Assembly (NCBI RefSeq): GCF_001194135.2
Contig: NC_068982.1
Coordinates: 2,322,889 to 2,386,210 of the forward strand
DNA: 63,322 nucleotides
From: Octopus bimaculoides
Lineage: Eukaryota
Reading direction: 5' to 3'
A program made the position numbers and the translations under genes. Shown here piece after piece: positions 37,333 to 50,744 of the stretch (position 1 is its first letter; each line of letters opens with the position of its first letter). The notes beneath the pieces are model-generated. The model made no database searches and was not told the origin of the DNA. It saw nothing but the letters and a program-made list of their open reading frames with translations.

Positions 37333-37860
37333 AGTTGTATACTGCCAACTTAACGTGACAGTCCCAATAAGGGAATACACTACTGCTGTTTAGTCCAAGG
37401 AAGCCAGACCGCTTCCTATTAGGCCTTGACACACTTTCTGTGCCCTTATCCATACAAAGGGGAGACAAACTCCTCCAACCAGCCCAGCCTGCTTTCAGGG
37501 ACAACTACTTTATCGCACCACTACTACTTAAATCTCACTGAGAGATTTAGAAATTCGTTATTTCTAATTTTCGTTACCAGTGAATAGTATTTCACTGAAA
37601 TAGTATATCCATACAAAGTTTAGACGGATTTCTTCAGCTAGCCCGCCATGCTGCTTCAGGCTGATGACGAGCAAAGACTCAGAAACATGTCCCTGAATGC
37701 AGGCTGGGCTGGTTGATGGAGTTTGTCTCCCCTTTGTATGGATAAGGGCACAGAAAGTGTGTCAAGGCTTAATGGGAAGCGGTCTGACTTCCTAGGGCTA
37801 AACAGCAGTAGTGTATTCCCTTATTGGGACTGTCACGTTAAGTTGGCAGTATACAACTAC
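37331..37860. repeat. 173-bp inverted repeat (37331-37503 / 37688-37860) with an HHR at the inner edge
   Basis: 8 mismatches in 173 bp by eye. Confidence 0.95.
37651..37702 (+). ncRNA. Type I hammerhead ribozyme, near-canonical
   Basis: Stem I TTCAGG(37655-60)/CCTGAA(37692-97), extended by CTGC/GCAG around a 1-nt bulge; CTGATGA(37661-67); stem II C-GAG(CAAAGA)CTC-A with a C:A mismatch at the base; GAAAC; palindromic ACATGT; GUC site, cleavage after 37691. Confidence 0.8.
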
Positions 37861-39160
37861 ATTTGTTGTTTACACCACCTGTCCTCGTCTGTTGTTTTTT
37901 TTCGTAAATTCTCCCATATATCATTCTTTAACAAGAAAAGTATTGAGGAGGATTTCGAAATTCGAGCCAGCTAGGCCATCAACCGGCTTTAGATGATCCA
38001 AGTTCATTTTTGCTTTAAATAATTTCTCTTAACTTAAAATTTTCTTGAGTGTCCTGTGTTCTGCTGAATGACGGCTATGGTGTATTTGGGGTTTTGATGT
38101 TAATATTGGTTAAATTTGACCGACACTATATATATAGCCAAGATGAACTTAAAATGATTTACAGTCCGATGGTGGCCTTGCTGATTGAAGTTTTGAAGTC
38201 ATTGTTAACAGTATTATTGATAAAGAATAATAAATTTGTACTCTACCAAATGTATTGAGTAATCTTTCAATTTAATACAAAATTGCTTCTGTTATAACAA
38301 AAGAAACAAACATTTCTATACACGCGCGCGCACAAACACACATGTATGTATATATGCATGTACGTATGTATGTATGTATGTATGTATGTATGTATGTATG
38401 TATGTATGGAAAGGATTAGATGTATTAATTTCTAAAAGACCATCTAAAGATAATGCTATAAATGAAGAGGCGGTGCTTTATAATCAGTTGAGAAACCAAC
38501 TCTTACATATTCCTTCCCCTCCTCCTCCCTCCTTCTCCTCGTTGTGCTCTTCTTTCTCCTCCTACTCTTTCTTCTCCGACTGCTTCGTTTTCTTTTCCTA
38601 CATCTAACAATACAATAATTTCATCTGCTTTGGTATAATACTGTATTTTCAGTCCTTCGTTGCACAGGTTTACTTTCATTTTCATTTTCTCTATATTTAT
38701 ACTTCTTGTTTCCTCTCGATACAAGCAAAACACAACGCGTGGCAGATGCATAGCGAATAAAACGCGCCTTTCATGCAGGTCTGACGAAAGCTCATTCAAT
38801 TTTCATAACCGCAAATATTTAGTAAGTTTTCCCGTAGAACTTTTGCATGATTTCGTGTTAGAGACAGACATAATACTGAAACAGATGTAACTGGTCATAA
38901 AACTTGTGATAAACACATTCTCTGTCTTCTTATTTGGATAATGTTTTACTATTCACTACGCTCTCAGATTGATTTTAGCGATGTGACACATGGATTTTCC
39001 ACACCTGAAATACTTATCTTGCTTAAAGCTAAACCTCACGAGTGTAGATAGCCTAAAGCACCAGTTGCGTGCTGCATTGAAAATAACCCGTTTTTCTACC
39101 CTTCCAGGACATACGAATGCATATACATAGACAAAGGTACATATATGCGTGTGTTTGTAT

Positions 39161-39196
<36 letters not shown>

Positions 39197-40843
39197 CTGT
39201 GTGTGTGTGTGTGTATGTCTGTGTGTGTGTGTGTGTTTTGGTTATTGGTATCGACTCAAGAAACTCAAACCATATTGGCTCCAGTGCCACAGCAAGTGCT
39301 ATATCATTTGTATGCTATGGAAAATATTCTAAATGCATTGCTTGAATGATATTGCTATCAACTTTAAAATTCACCAAACGCTCTGTACCATCCGTCCTCT
39401 GCAAAATAAAATTCGCATCACATCACAACACTAAGGCAAAAGTATTTCATCTGATCTTATCTCCAAGAAATTCCAAATAAATCTCCTACACCCGGATACA
39501 TCTCTACAAACAATAATACTTTACTAGAATGAGCTATAATCCCCAAAGAATGACCTATAATACGAAACAGCATTAAATGACTTTTCCAGGTGCTGCTGCT
39601 ATTCATTTATGTATGTCCTCAAGCGAGGAAGGTTCAGGAACCAGAAGAACATGCTTAAAAATCCGCTAGAAGGAAGCACTGGGGAGTTTTTTACAACTTT
39701 TACCAAAACCGGGAATTTTTTCTCCGCGGTTACTGCAGTGAAATTAGAAGTTGAAATATGTCAGAAACATATTTTAACAAACCCAAATTCATATATATAT
39801 GTATATATATATATATATATATATAGCGTAAGGAATAACAAAACTTCTGTGTATTCTTACATTAATTTTGATATTATTCTTATGTTGATTTACTGGAACA
39901 CAATGTGAGAAATTCAATTACCGGTGCAGATTACCCAACTTCATTTTATTAATTATTCGCTAACGTATTTCACTGTGAAGCCTTGCTCGGTAAAAGAATG
40001 CCACGCATTTGGTATAGAATCTCAGTCATCACGAGAACATTAATTAAAATACATAGATCAAAAATTTATGATGGTGAAATAAGACACCGTTCCTATTTGT
40101 AAAATTTTGTTCTTATAAAAAGAGATATTCAAGTCAGATATTTTCAGTACAAAGGGAGGTAACAAGAAATAAATTCCTGTACTAGATAAAATGATGAACT
40201 GAAATACATCTGTACATCTGCACTAATGAATACATACACAGTTATTCAAAGATATACGTATACTCGTCTGTGTATAGGAAACTACCGTAAATCTGCATTA
40301 AATATATAGAAGTATATGCGTGTGTGCATTATTGTTTATTCGTATGTATGTGTATGTATGTGTAATTGTTTGAATGCATATGCAAGTGTTTATGTATATA
40401 CATTTATAGCTATGTATGTTTGTGTATTTGTGTATTTGTACCAAGGTGAGTGTGTACGAAATTCTGCGTGTATATAAATACAGATATTGGCAAATTCATT
40501 GGTTTCTAATTATTAATCACATCGATTCTCATGGAGATGGTGCCTTTTACGCAACAGAATGTGTCTTTAATGTATTGTTTTTCCATCTGTGATTATTATT
40601 ATTATTTACTGATAAATTTATTTTGAAGGAGTGCGTTCTTACGCCGATTCTCTCAGCCATGCTTACTGACATAGCTATGAGCAATGTGTCAACTCGGGAT
40701 CTCGAGTAGTACCGGTGAGCGGACAAGCATTTAGTACTATTTCTTAAACGGACTTAATGTATTATTTTTATTATGTTGTACGAGAACTGTACGACACAAG
40801 TCTCTCAAAATAATACAGAACACGAAATAAAATCAGGTTACGT

Positions 40844-41410
40844 TCATTTCATACAACTGCAATCTACGCAACGCAAAGCAAAAAAATTAAGAATGTCGTC
40901 CTTCTCTATACTTGATTTGTATTCATTAAGGGAAGCAAGTATCACGAGGTTTGATTTTCGCTGGTGCTTCATATTTCGTCGAAAGGGTGTCATAATTCGA
41001 GTTAACGTCGAAAACGATGATTCACATGTAGCAGTGCTCGATCCAAATGTCAATGCTGCACCATACAAAAGATAAACATTTGGAAAGGCATCCTGTACAA
41101 TACATAAAGATCCAAAAATATCAAGCAGTGTCATCATATTTTGTTTGGAAATGTTTGCTTTAACCACAGTAAGTTCAGAAAGTGAGGCCGATTTATCGCA
41201 ATTAACTTAATTGTTCAAAGGTTTAAAGCATCAAAATCGAAAAACGTATCGGACGTTGGTAGTAGACTTGCCAAGGAAGAATATATGCTGTCGTTTTGCC
41301 CTGAAAATCTATCGTCTAGCTCTCCGAAGCTTTGGTCGATAAATTTTGCGGTGAAAGGTTATCCAGTCATCTTGAGATGGTACAAGGCCTTCAACAACAT
41401 AATCTGAAAA
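40844..41410 (-). pseudogene. hAT transposase C-terminal remnant (dimerisation domain)
   Basis: AFPNVYLLYGAALTFGSSTATCESSFSTLTRIMTPFRRNM...KSNLVILA matches the hAT dimerisation motif (FPN+..L...ALT.P.SSA.CERSFS.L..I.T..R..M); upstream frameshifted IDQSFGELDDRFS. Confidence 0.8.
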
Positions 41411-41561
41411 ACGTCGGGACTTTTTGACGCATATATATACGTGTACAGTGTTGCGTTTACTACCATAAATCTCTAACTACAACAGCAATTCTTCGCAACA
41501 ATTCTTCACATACTTTTCAACAGCGACGACAATCACCAGCACCACCGCCGCCGTCGCAACC

Positions 41562-41579
41562 ACCACCACCACCACCACC

Positions 41580-41637
<58 letters not shown>
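41562..41637. repeat. (ACC)n/(ACA)n microsatellite
   Basis: Direct reading. Confidence 0.95.
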
Positions 41638-44312
41638 AAACTGACCCAGCGTTAGCCACTCCTTAATTCAACCCACAGTGGATGACCGGGTCAGCAGCCA
41701 ATTTTGCGCCACGTTTTCATATCACTAACTACGAAATCAAAAGAAATTCAATTTGTTGCATCTTTAGCGACTTCAGATATTGCTCATGAGAAAAAAGGCG
41801 ATGTTTCAAAAGTGGATAAAACAATGTTTATTAATTCAAATGTGGATAAAACAAATTCTCATTCATACTCGTGGCTAAATAATCTCTCCCTCCCTCTCAG
41901 TCTGTCTGTCTGTCTGCCTGTCTCTCTCGCACTCTCTCTCTCTATCTCTCTCTCTCTCTCTCTCTCTCCCTCTCTCTCTCTCCAAGTGTGTGTTTTTGTT
42001 TATACATAACACATAATTTTATACATACACTTGTACCTGCACACGAGTGTGTATAATACCTACATATGCTGGAGAAGAATATATTCAGCTATGTTTTCTA
42101 AGCATAACCTGTCCTCCTGCTTAATTTTTCCAAAATCCTTGTTAATATAGACATGAGAATTTATGAATGTATCACATCTTATGTGCTATGCATTTGGGTA
42201 AAAAAAATCTTTAATATATCATTTCCTGTATTTGATTGAAGAGGTGCTAGCTGACGTTATTTTTCGATAGTTTACACAGATACTTTTTCTTTAGCAGAAA
42301 GGGAATCTTCACACCGTCTTGTCTCATATGCATTATGATTTTAAAATATAGACATGATTCATATCTTTATAATAGGCATCTCAGTTACCGACAAAATTAA
42401 AAATTGTCAAGACTAACACCTTGGGGTTTCTGGCATCTTTTCACCATATAATCTATTATCCAACACAATAAATATAAGGAGTTATCGATTTAAGCGTGAT
42501 AATTAAAGATAGTTTGAATAACATTATGTTTGTATGTATTCTCTTACCACTTTTCCACAGAAATGTGTGAGAATATTACACGGATAAGAAGCAGAGTGTA
42601 ATTTTCATTGAATATGAAGGCATAGCAATTTATCAAATCCAAGCACGCAGATAACTGCTAAGGTTGATCCAGATAGGAAAAGTATCAACGATCCCGACTA
42701 AAATAACAATAACGATCGCTAAAGAAAATAATTGTAAGGAGGCGTTCGACTTAGAATTAATCAAGGTTTGGTCATGTCGGTTTGACGTTGAAGCTCTTAT
42801 GCATTATAAAGTAGTACCTGCTTATCGCGAGAACTATTCTCTGATACAGTTTCTCTTCTCTTGATTTATTTCTTTTGCATATCAGTAGAGTGCACTTTTA
42901 GCGTAAATGTGTGTGTGTGTGTGAATAGGACTGTCTGTATACAAGTTGTGGTGGCAGAATTATGGGCATGTTAAAGAGGCTAGAGGTATCTCTAGATATT
43001 GTGTCATTTTGCTTGTCGTCAGGTTAACGCGTTTAGTTGGTAATGTAAATAGTACTGCACCCTGCAAGCGCCTTACATATCTTTTACCGACGCTGTAATG
43101 ATAATAGGCTCAACCGGAAGAAGCAGCGCAAGGTTTAGTGCAAAAATCGAAAGATTCTGCCAGCCCAGGTAGTAAACTAAATGCGCTAGAATTGCCTCCA
43201 ATCTAAAATATACAACCTCTTCATAAAATATACAGCCTCTTCGTCAGTTCGTGTGTGCAACCTCATAGAAGATAGAATAAGAAGTGTAAGTAACGTTAAT
43301 TTCTCGGATTATCTGAAGCATTTTTAATGGAATCTGTCATTGACAACGGTTAGTGTGTTGATTTTCCTGCACAAGGAATTCATAATTCGTAATCCATAAT
43401 TCTATAGCACATTTATTTGTATAAAATCTCAATCATTGTTTGTAGATATAAATTAAATATTGTACTCACGCAATGTTATGTAATCGATTTTCACTTCCTC
43501 AGCAGAGAATTAATTTCATTTTGAGATGCTTATGAAACATTACTTTATTGCGTTTGTTTTCCCTTTATAATTTCATGTATTAGAGTAATTTATTGAATAT
43601 CATGTAGTAACTATTGCTAATCACGTGACGTTCCAATACTTCCGTGTTTATCTCCGACTTTCATAGTTCGGAGTCTATAAAAGTCTGGTGAAGTAACGGC
43701 TCCTACTTAATACACATACCATTCATCTCAAGATTTCTAGTGTGGTGATATCATCAAGAATTATTATTAGCATAACTGTATCACCTTAATAATGACGTAC
43801 TATGTTCGAATAAGACCGTGGGGGAATTTAATTTACAATTATCTGGTAATCGATAGAAATCAATGGGGTATCAATTCAATAAATACCGGAATGCTATTAA
43901 TTAATTCTGAATGGCATACCAAATACATCCCCAAACATATTTGGCACCTTTCATCTATAATGATGAAACGAATAATATTTAGACAGCATTTTAGACGTCT
44001 GCACAGAACTGCAGCCTTCTTATGCAAATGCATGGACAACATTTGTAGGGCGTTCTCATTTACATTCGTTTCAGGATTACTGATGACCTTTGAATTGTAA
44101 ACACATTGTTGTCCATATAAATTCGTCCATCTACAGAAGCAAATAGAGTGAACGAAATATTCTTCAATTGCAGAGTCGTTTTAACTCAGTGTATGCCGAA
44201 AAGTCAACAGACATTATAATCTCTAATTATAAACTAGCTTAATGTTAAATTACTAATGTTCCCTTCAGGTATCATTAGTCGTTCGGGTTTGGAATATGAG
44301 GTTAGCAAATGA

Positions 44313-44523
44313 TGTGGTGAACTGTCAGAATCGTTAGGACACCGCGTAAAATGCTTAGCGGCATTTTGTATATCTTTACGTTCAAATTCCGCCGGGGTCG
44401 GTTCCGACTTTCAAACCATTCCAGATCGATACAATAGGAAGCAGTTGAGCACTAGAGTCATGTAATCTACTTACTCCCTCCATTGAAATTGCTGGCCTTG
44501 TGATCGAATCTGAAATCAATATT
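44313..44523 (+). mobile_element. SINE family C, diverged
   Basis: GGTGAACTGTCAGAATCGTTAG...AAATGCTTAGCGG...GTTCAAATTCCGCCG (B-box-like)...AAATTGCTGGCCTTGTG. Confidence 0.7.
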
Positions 44524-44822
44524 GGATTAGCAAATATATAAGCATATTTTCCGTTTCTCTCAGGTGCATTATTTTGTGCATCCTGGTTTGCATATAAATG
44601 AAGCGTGAATGATGTTTAATTAATAATTACAAAAATCAAAAGATAAAGATGCCAGTAAAGATAATGAGGAAGATTGAGGGCGCTAATCATTGAGATAAGT
44701 AAGGAAGATTGTGCGAATGAGCACGTGGTGATAATGAGGATGATGGGAAGGATAAAGATTATCTTCAGGTTATACTGGTGTGAGAAGGATGCTGTTGATA
44801 ATTATGATAATAAGTATACTAC

Positions 44823-44824
44823 TG

Positions 44825-44872
<48 letters not shown>

Positions 44873-44960
44873 GGATGATGATGACGATGATGACGATGAT
44901 GATGATGATGATGATGATGATGAAGAGGAGGAGGAGGAGGAGCAGGAGGAGGAGGAGGAG
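44823..44960. repeat. (GAT)n/(GAG)n microsatellite
   Basis: Direct reading; explains the poly-M/poly-S ORFs. Confidence 0.95.
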
Positions 44961-45657
44961 GATACTATTGCCGCTGTCACTGGTAAGGAGGAGGAAGAAG
45001 ATGGTAATAATGAGGAAGGAGAGGAAGAAGCAAACTCAAGTAGGTTAGTTTGTTGGTAGGTATGGAGAGTGTTCATGATTATGAGGGGAAAAAAGGAGAA
45101 TTGAATAGATATGAAGGATAAGCAATAGGAAACATACTTAGACAACTTCAGTTGTTGTATTAACAAATACGTTTCTTCAAATATAAACAAGAGGATTTCC
45201 TTTGATTATATGCTAATTAAACGAAGTAGCATTTTATTCTGGTTAGAAAGATTTAAATCTATTGATAATTTAGAAAATATCCATATTTAGTGACTCTACA
45301 AAAACTGAGAACGTATTTCAGTGGTTTTATATTATAATGCACCATGACATGTAAATATGGTATTTGTATGATTGACACATTGCAATTATTGTTTCGATTC
45401 CGATAGTAATTAAGATAGTTCTGGGATCTGTTAATGCAGAAATGATAACAAGCAAGGATCGTCACAAATGTACATACGAATATAATGTTGTTATATTATT
45501 GACGACAAGCAATTTGCTTTCTGAGCGCAAGTTCTGATGGGTGCAATGAACCCTCTAATGACAACAGCAAACGAGATTGAGAGACAAACGTAATACCCTA
45601 CAGTTGCATTATGTCATGCAAATGTGATTAGAGATTATCTCTTCCTTGTTTATCCAG

Positions 45658-45741
45658 TCGTCCAATGCGTGTAATAAAGTTACAGGAATTCGTTTTTCTG
45701 CTGTCTACCCGTTCTGAATCACACCATCAGTTTTACCGAAA
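45658..45741 (+). CDS. Candidate 84-nt internal exon (xRPMRVIKLQEFVFLLSTRSESHHQFYRx), product unknown
   Basis: Acceptor TTATCTCTTCCTTGTTTATCCAG|, donor AAA|GTAAGG, length divisible by 3, only one open frame. No family recognised. Confidence 0.3.
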
Positions 45742-46672
45742 GTAAGGATGTAAATTTTGCAAACATTGATGTATCGTTAATGCAATTTTGTACATCTATA
45801 GCAAATAAATGTTATCTTTGTCTGGTGGAGCTTGTAAGGATTTTCCTTATGTGCACATGACTTTACATGGTTGTGTTTATGTAAATTTATTAGGACGACA
45901 AAATGTGGCACGTTTTGCCTAGTGAAAGAATTTAATTAATTGAATATAACACTAACACACACTTATCGTTTCTAATTGAAAGAAAACAGAACATTGTTGG
46001 AAGGTTCTTAGACAAGGACTAGCGAGATGCGAATGTATCAGATATAAGCTATTTCATATACCCTTGTCTATGTCATATACCTGTTATAGTCTCGGCGTGT
46101 ATTTATTCATCCTTTCACTACTTACAGAGAAAGCTGACAGTAACATAATTAGGACTAGTGTTTATACTCGCAATATAAAAGAATATTTGACTTCATAGAA
46201 TTACAGATGTGCAAAACAAGATGGAAAAAATAGATTCGGACTTAAAAGAAAAGTTAGAATAAAGTATTAAAATTGATTCAAGGTGAGAATTCTCCATCAT
46301 CAAATATTACAGTTTCATGTTGTCTAGTTACGTACGAAAGTAAAATTTATGAAAAAATATAGATATTTAAAAACTTGAGCAAATATCTGTCGCCGATTAA
46401 GCAACTTAGGCTGACTGGAAAAAAAGGATGTCCTGTGTTAGATGGATCGTGTGGCCATTAGGAAAACGTTGTTAACATAATCAGATGACTAATTGAAATT
46501 ATTAATATTGAAGTGATGTAATTTTGCATAAAATGACTAAGTTATAATGGTGTAAGACAAGAGGACAAGCTCATGAAAACACAATTGCCACCCTCCATTT
46601 ATGTGCATTTTTTTCTTTAACAGAATGAATACATATACACGATTAAGATGGACATGAAGTAAAGTCAATATA

Positions 46673-47174
46673 CGAGGTGCGTTCAGAAAGTATCCGACTT
46701 TATTTTTCCCGTTAAAAATTTTGCGTGGGCAAAATTCTGAGGGTTGTAGGTGACCACACCTTTCTGCACATGTTTAAAAAATTTCACTTGCCTATGGCCT
46801 GCTTAAGCGTGCCTCATTCTCCATTCAGGTGCAGCCATGTTTGAAGTGCTTGTAACACCTCTGAGGTCTTGCCAATGGCATCATCGTCAAAGGCCTGCTG
46901 AATTTTTCAAGCTCAGATGATTTTGAACTTGAGTATATTGACGTTTTGGTAAACATTGATGCGATACGTTCGGTGAAAACAATAATCCGAAGAGCACGCA
47001 TTAGAGGTCTGTACTGTAGGTATAACAGCCGGCAACTGACGCAGTCTGCCGCTGCGAAAGTTTTCTCGCATCTGCAGGAAGGATAGCATCACCTCTCACT
47101 CAAAAGTATTGTTCCACACGGCATTAAATTTGGAGAGGAAAATATAAAGTCAGATAAGTTTTGAGCGCACCTCA
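46673..47174 (-). mobile_element. Mariner-derived non-autonomous element
   Basis: TIRs TA|CGAGGTGCGTTCAGAAAGTATCCGACTTTAT / ATAAAGTCAGATAAGTTTTGAGCGCACCTCA; internal IQQAFDDDAIGKT...KHFKHG resembles a mariner N-terminal HTH. Confidence 0.8.
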
Positions 47175-47707
47175 TTTACATAAATATTCGTATGTAAAGT
47201 AAAACCAAGTAAACTTTTGAAATTGGCAGTTACTGGGATCGATACAATTACTGCTTTGCTATTAATTGTGTCCATGCAATTCTGAGTTTCGTTTTGCATT
47301 GTATTTCTTAAACAACAAAGTTAAAATTTCACAGAAAATTAGGTGATCTGCCTGAAGGTGCTTCTACTGCAGATTTTAATATCCATGTGCATAAAATACC
47401 CGGGAACATGGCTTTGCTAAAAATTCGAAAATTTCCAAGGTATGTTGATTAAGCCATCAATTTTTTCTGGTCCTTTTTCTACGGGTGCTTTTAGGATTGG
47501 TAACTCAAGCTACACAATGAGTCTGATTGGAAAATCTATTCTGATGTACCTCGTTATAATGTGATGAAGTCGTAACAGATGTGGCATCATCTACTAAAAA
47601 GGGAGGAAATTCATACCCACGACAGAAGTTATACCCCTGTGCATCTATACGTATAGAAATGTGTGTGTGTGTACGTCTGCTTGTGTGCATCTTTGTATGT
47701 AATGGAT

Positions 47708-47744
<37 letters not shown>

Positions 47745-48340
47745 CAAACATGCATGCATGCACACATGTTTACACACACACTCACAGACACATATATGTA
47801 CACACACATATAAATACATATAGATACAAGAATACACATATGCTTGCAAACATACATACGTACTTATAGTAAAACAACGGTAAACAATATTGGTGATATT
47901 CGCAATTTGTATTTCCTACAGCTGTTTTAATAATTATTGAATCACACGATTATTATGTGATTAATAAAAAGAAACGTATTAGTGAGGCTTTTTGAAATAT
48001 AAACTACAGAATTTCATTTACACACAACAGTTTGGGAGATAAAAGAAAGTAAATAGATGTTTATAGACTTAGAAAGATGTTAGACATTTATCAAGACAAG
48101 CACAAACATCTCACAGAAACATAATAGTATGCTTATAAGTACATTGACCGGGCTTTCGTATACAAACATATAGATGCATATGCAAACTCATGCATGAAGG
48201 CATGTGAAAGTATACATGCATATATATCTCCTTTATAATATCGCTAAGGTTATACATAAATAGACTTACATTTATCAAGCTACACACGTTACAACATACA
48301 TATATACACGTATTCATTGAGACACGCCCCCTACAAAGGC

Positions 48341-48393
<53 letters not shown>

Positions 48394-48419
48394 NNNNNNN
48401 NNNATATATATATATATAT

Positions 48420-48456
<37 letters not shown>

Positions 48457-48559
48457 TAGTTAGATAGATTGATATACTGGGGGCGATGGGTACATTAGCT
48501 ACATTATATATTTTTATTTTGTTTTTGGTTTTGACTTTGTCGACTACACAGCATGGTAG

Positions 48560-48790
48560 GGTCAGTTGGGCACTGTCTGCGAGAAAAAAACAACAACATG
48601 ATGCAATTCACTCTGCCAGAAAGTTGGAAGTGACATTCTTTGTTCTGCTTTGCATTCACGCCGGAAGCTCCGATATGAACATTTCAGAGTATTTGGGTGT
48701 CAATTTGAGGACCGTGCAAACCAAGGACATGTAGCAAGAGTGATAAAAATCAAACAGCAGTGATCAGAAGCGAAGGTGGTGTTATGCCTC
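48560..48790 (+). mobile_element. maT/DD37D-like mariner remnant, N-terminus joined to a C-terminus-like piece
   Basis: MMQFTLPESWK*H..VLLCIHAGSSDMNISEYLGVNLRTVQ followed shortly by AVIRSEGGV. Confidence 0.65.
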
Positions 48791-49040
48791 TATTCACTCT
48801 ATTGGTATCACTAAATTAATGACTGACAAATGGAGGTACGTCCCTAGCATACATAGCCGTACGGTGTTTCTCATAAGATTGGCAAGGGAAGTTGAGTTTA
48901 ACCCGAGGCTTTAAGTGCCGTTGAATTAAGGTGTTCTACACAGAAATTAGATATTGCAATACGGCTATGCATCAGACGGGCATATAACAACATGGCAGCC
49001 AAAACTCAGGATCTTTAGCGGGATATAACACTCTGTATGG

Positions 49041-49147
49041 GTGTACCTGATGAGAACCAGACTGCAAAATGGATGCAACACAACATGTCGAACTGAGTCC
49101 CACCCATAAGGGACAGTAGGAGGATAGGTCGAAACAACCGTTGTAGA
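49041..49147 (+). ncRNA. Hammerhead motif with a 68-nt loop II insertion
   Basis: TAC-CTGATGA(49047-53)-GAACC...GGTC(49127-30)-GAAAC-AACC-GTT-GTA: stem I 3 bp, stem II 4 bp with a bulged A, GUU site (49140-42). Confidence 0.55.
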
Positions 49148-49510
49148 AAATAAAGATTAATACCAAATTCATCTATTCGTTACTTAAGAAATTATTATTA
49201 TTACATATATATATATGTGGTTATGTGTGTGTGCATATATGTATTTATATGCGTATGTATGTATGTATGTATGTATGTATTTGTGCATGGCAGAAGAAAA
49301 CACGAGAATTAAAAGTCACTAGATGACTATACATAATGGTGTATTTTTTTTTTAATCTGCAGAAAGAAACGGACAATAGTTAAGATGCGAGGCCACTCAC
49401 ATTTGTAACTTTCTGCCGATGAAACAAACATACAGACACTCACGTACAGACGTGCACGCGCGCACACACACGCACACATACATACATACATACAGACATA
49501 CATACATACA

Positions 49511-49541
<31 letters not shown>

Positions 49542-50712
49542 GTACATACATACATATATATATTTATACATGGGCTTTCACACAGGCATAATCTTAGCAA
49601 ATTGCATTTAGTGCATGGGAAGGTAGGTCATTCTAACAAGAGGAAAATTATTATTCTTGTTCGTAAGATATCAATGATATTAAAATTTGCAGTACTTAAT
49701 GTAATAAAGATAATGAATATATCTTAAATTAAAGGATTTAACACATCACTTTCGTTTATATTTGGGATCAGAAAGAAAGAAACCAGGCTCTATGAAAATA
49801 ATTGAGAGTGTAAGAAATATTTAAATACAAAAATTGCTATTTGTAATTCATTTAAATAATACTTTTCGAAATGGCTCAGTTGATGGAGAAATATTAATAA
49901 ACTTAGAAAAATGAAGAGCGAATGCAAGTAAAGAAAAAATATTATCGTCTCTAATGATCCCTTAAATAAACTAATTTAATACAATCGGTCCTTAATCGTT
50001 TCCACCAATTACAAATATTTGCATAAAGTCTTTATACTTCCCACGGCACAATTAAAATATCCTTCTCCTAAACCCGAGAAAACAATATGTATTTGCATAC
50101 AGTTTCTGTTATATTAACAAGGGAACACATTTTCTGTCAGAGTTATAGAGCGGATTAGAAACCAATAACACAAAGAAATACATTCCCGTTCACATACATA
50201 TAAATCATTGAATATTATGCAGACACATAGAGTAAGAGTTATAAACAATAATGCTACTTAGAGATGAATAATTTAAGTCTGNNNNNNNNNNNNNNNNNNN
50301 NNNNNNNNNNNNNNNNNNNNNNNNNNNNNNNNNNNNNNNNNNNNNNNNNNNNNNNNNNNNNNNNNNNNNNNNNNNNNNNNNNNNNNNNNNNNNNNNNNNN
50401 NNNNNNNNNNNNNNNNNNNNNNNNNNNNNNNNNNNNNNNNNNNNNNNNNNNNNNNNNNNNNNNNNNNNNNNNNNNNNNNNNNNNNNNNNNNNNNNNNNNN
50501 NNNNNNNNNNNNNNNNNNNNNNNNNNNNNNNNNNNNNNNNNNNNNNNNNNNNNNNNNNNNNNNNNNNNNNNNNNNNNNNNNNNNNNNNNNNNNNNNNNNN
50601 NNNNNNNNNNNNNNNNNNNNNNNNNNNNNNNNNNNNNNNNNNNNNNNNNNNNNNNNNNNNNNNNNNNNNNNTGTGTGTGTGTGTGTGTGTGTATGAGTGT
50701 GTCTGTGTGTGT

Positions 50713-50744
<32 letters not shown>

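Noticed and set aside
38775-38895. CTGACGA...GAAAC ~95 nt apart
   Set aside because: No stem II or stem I pairing found.
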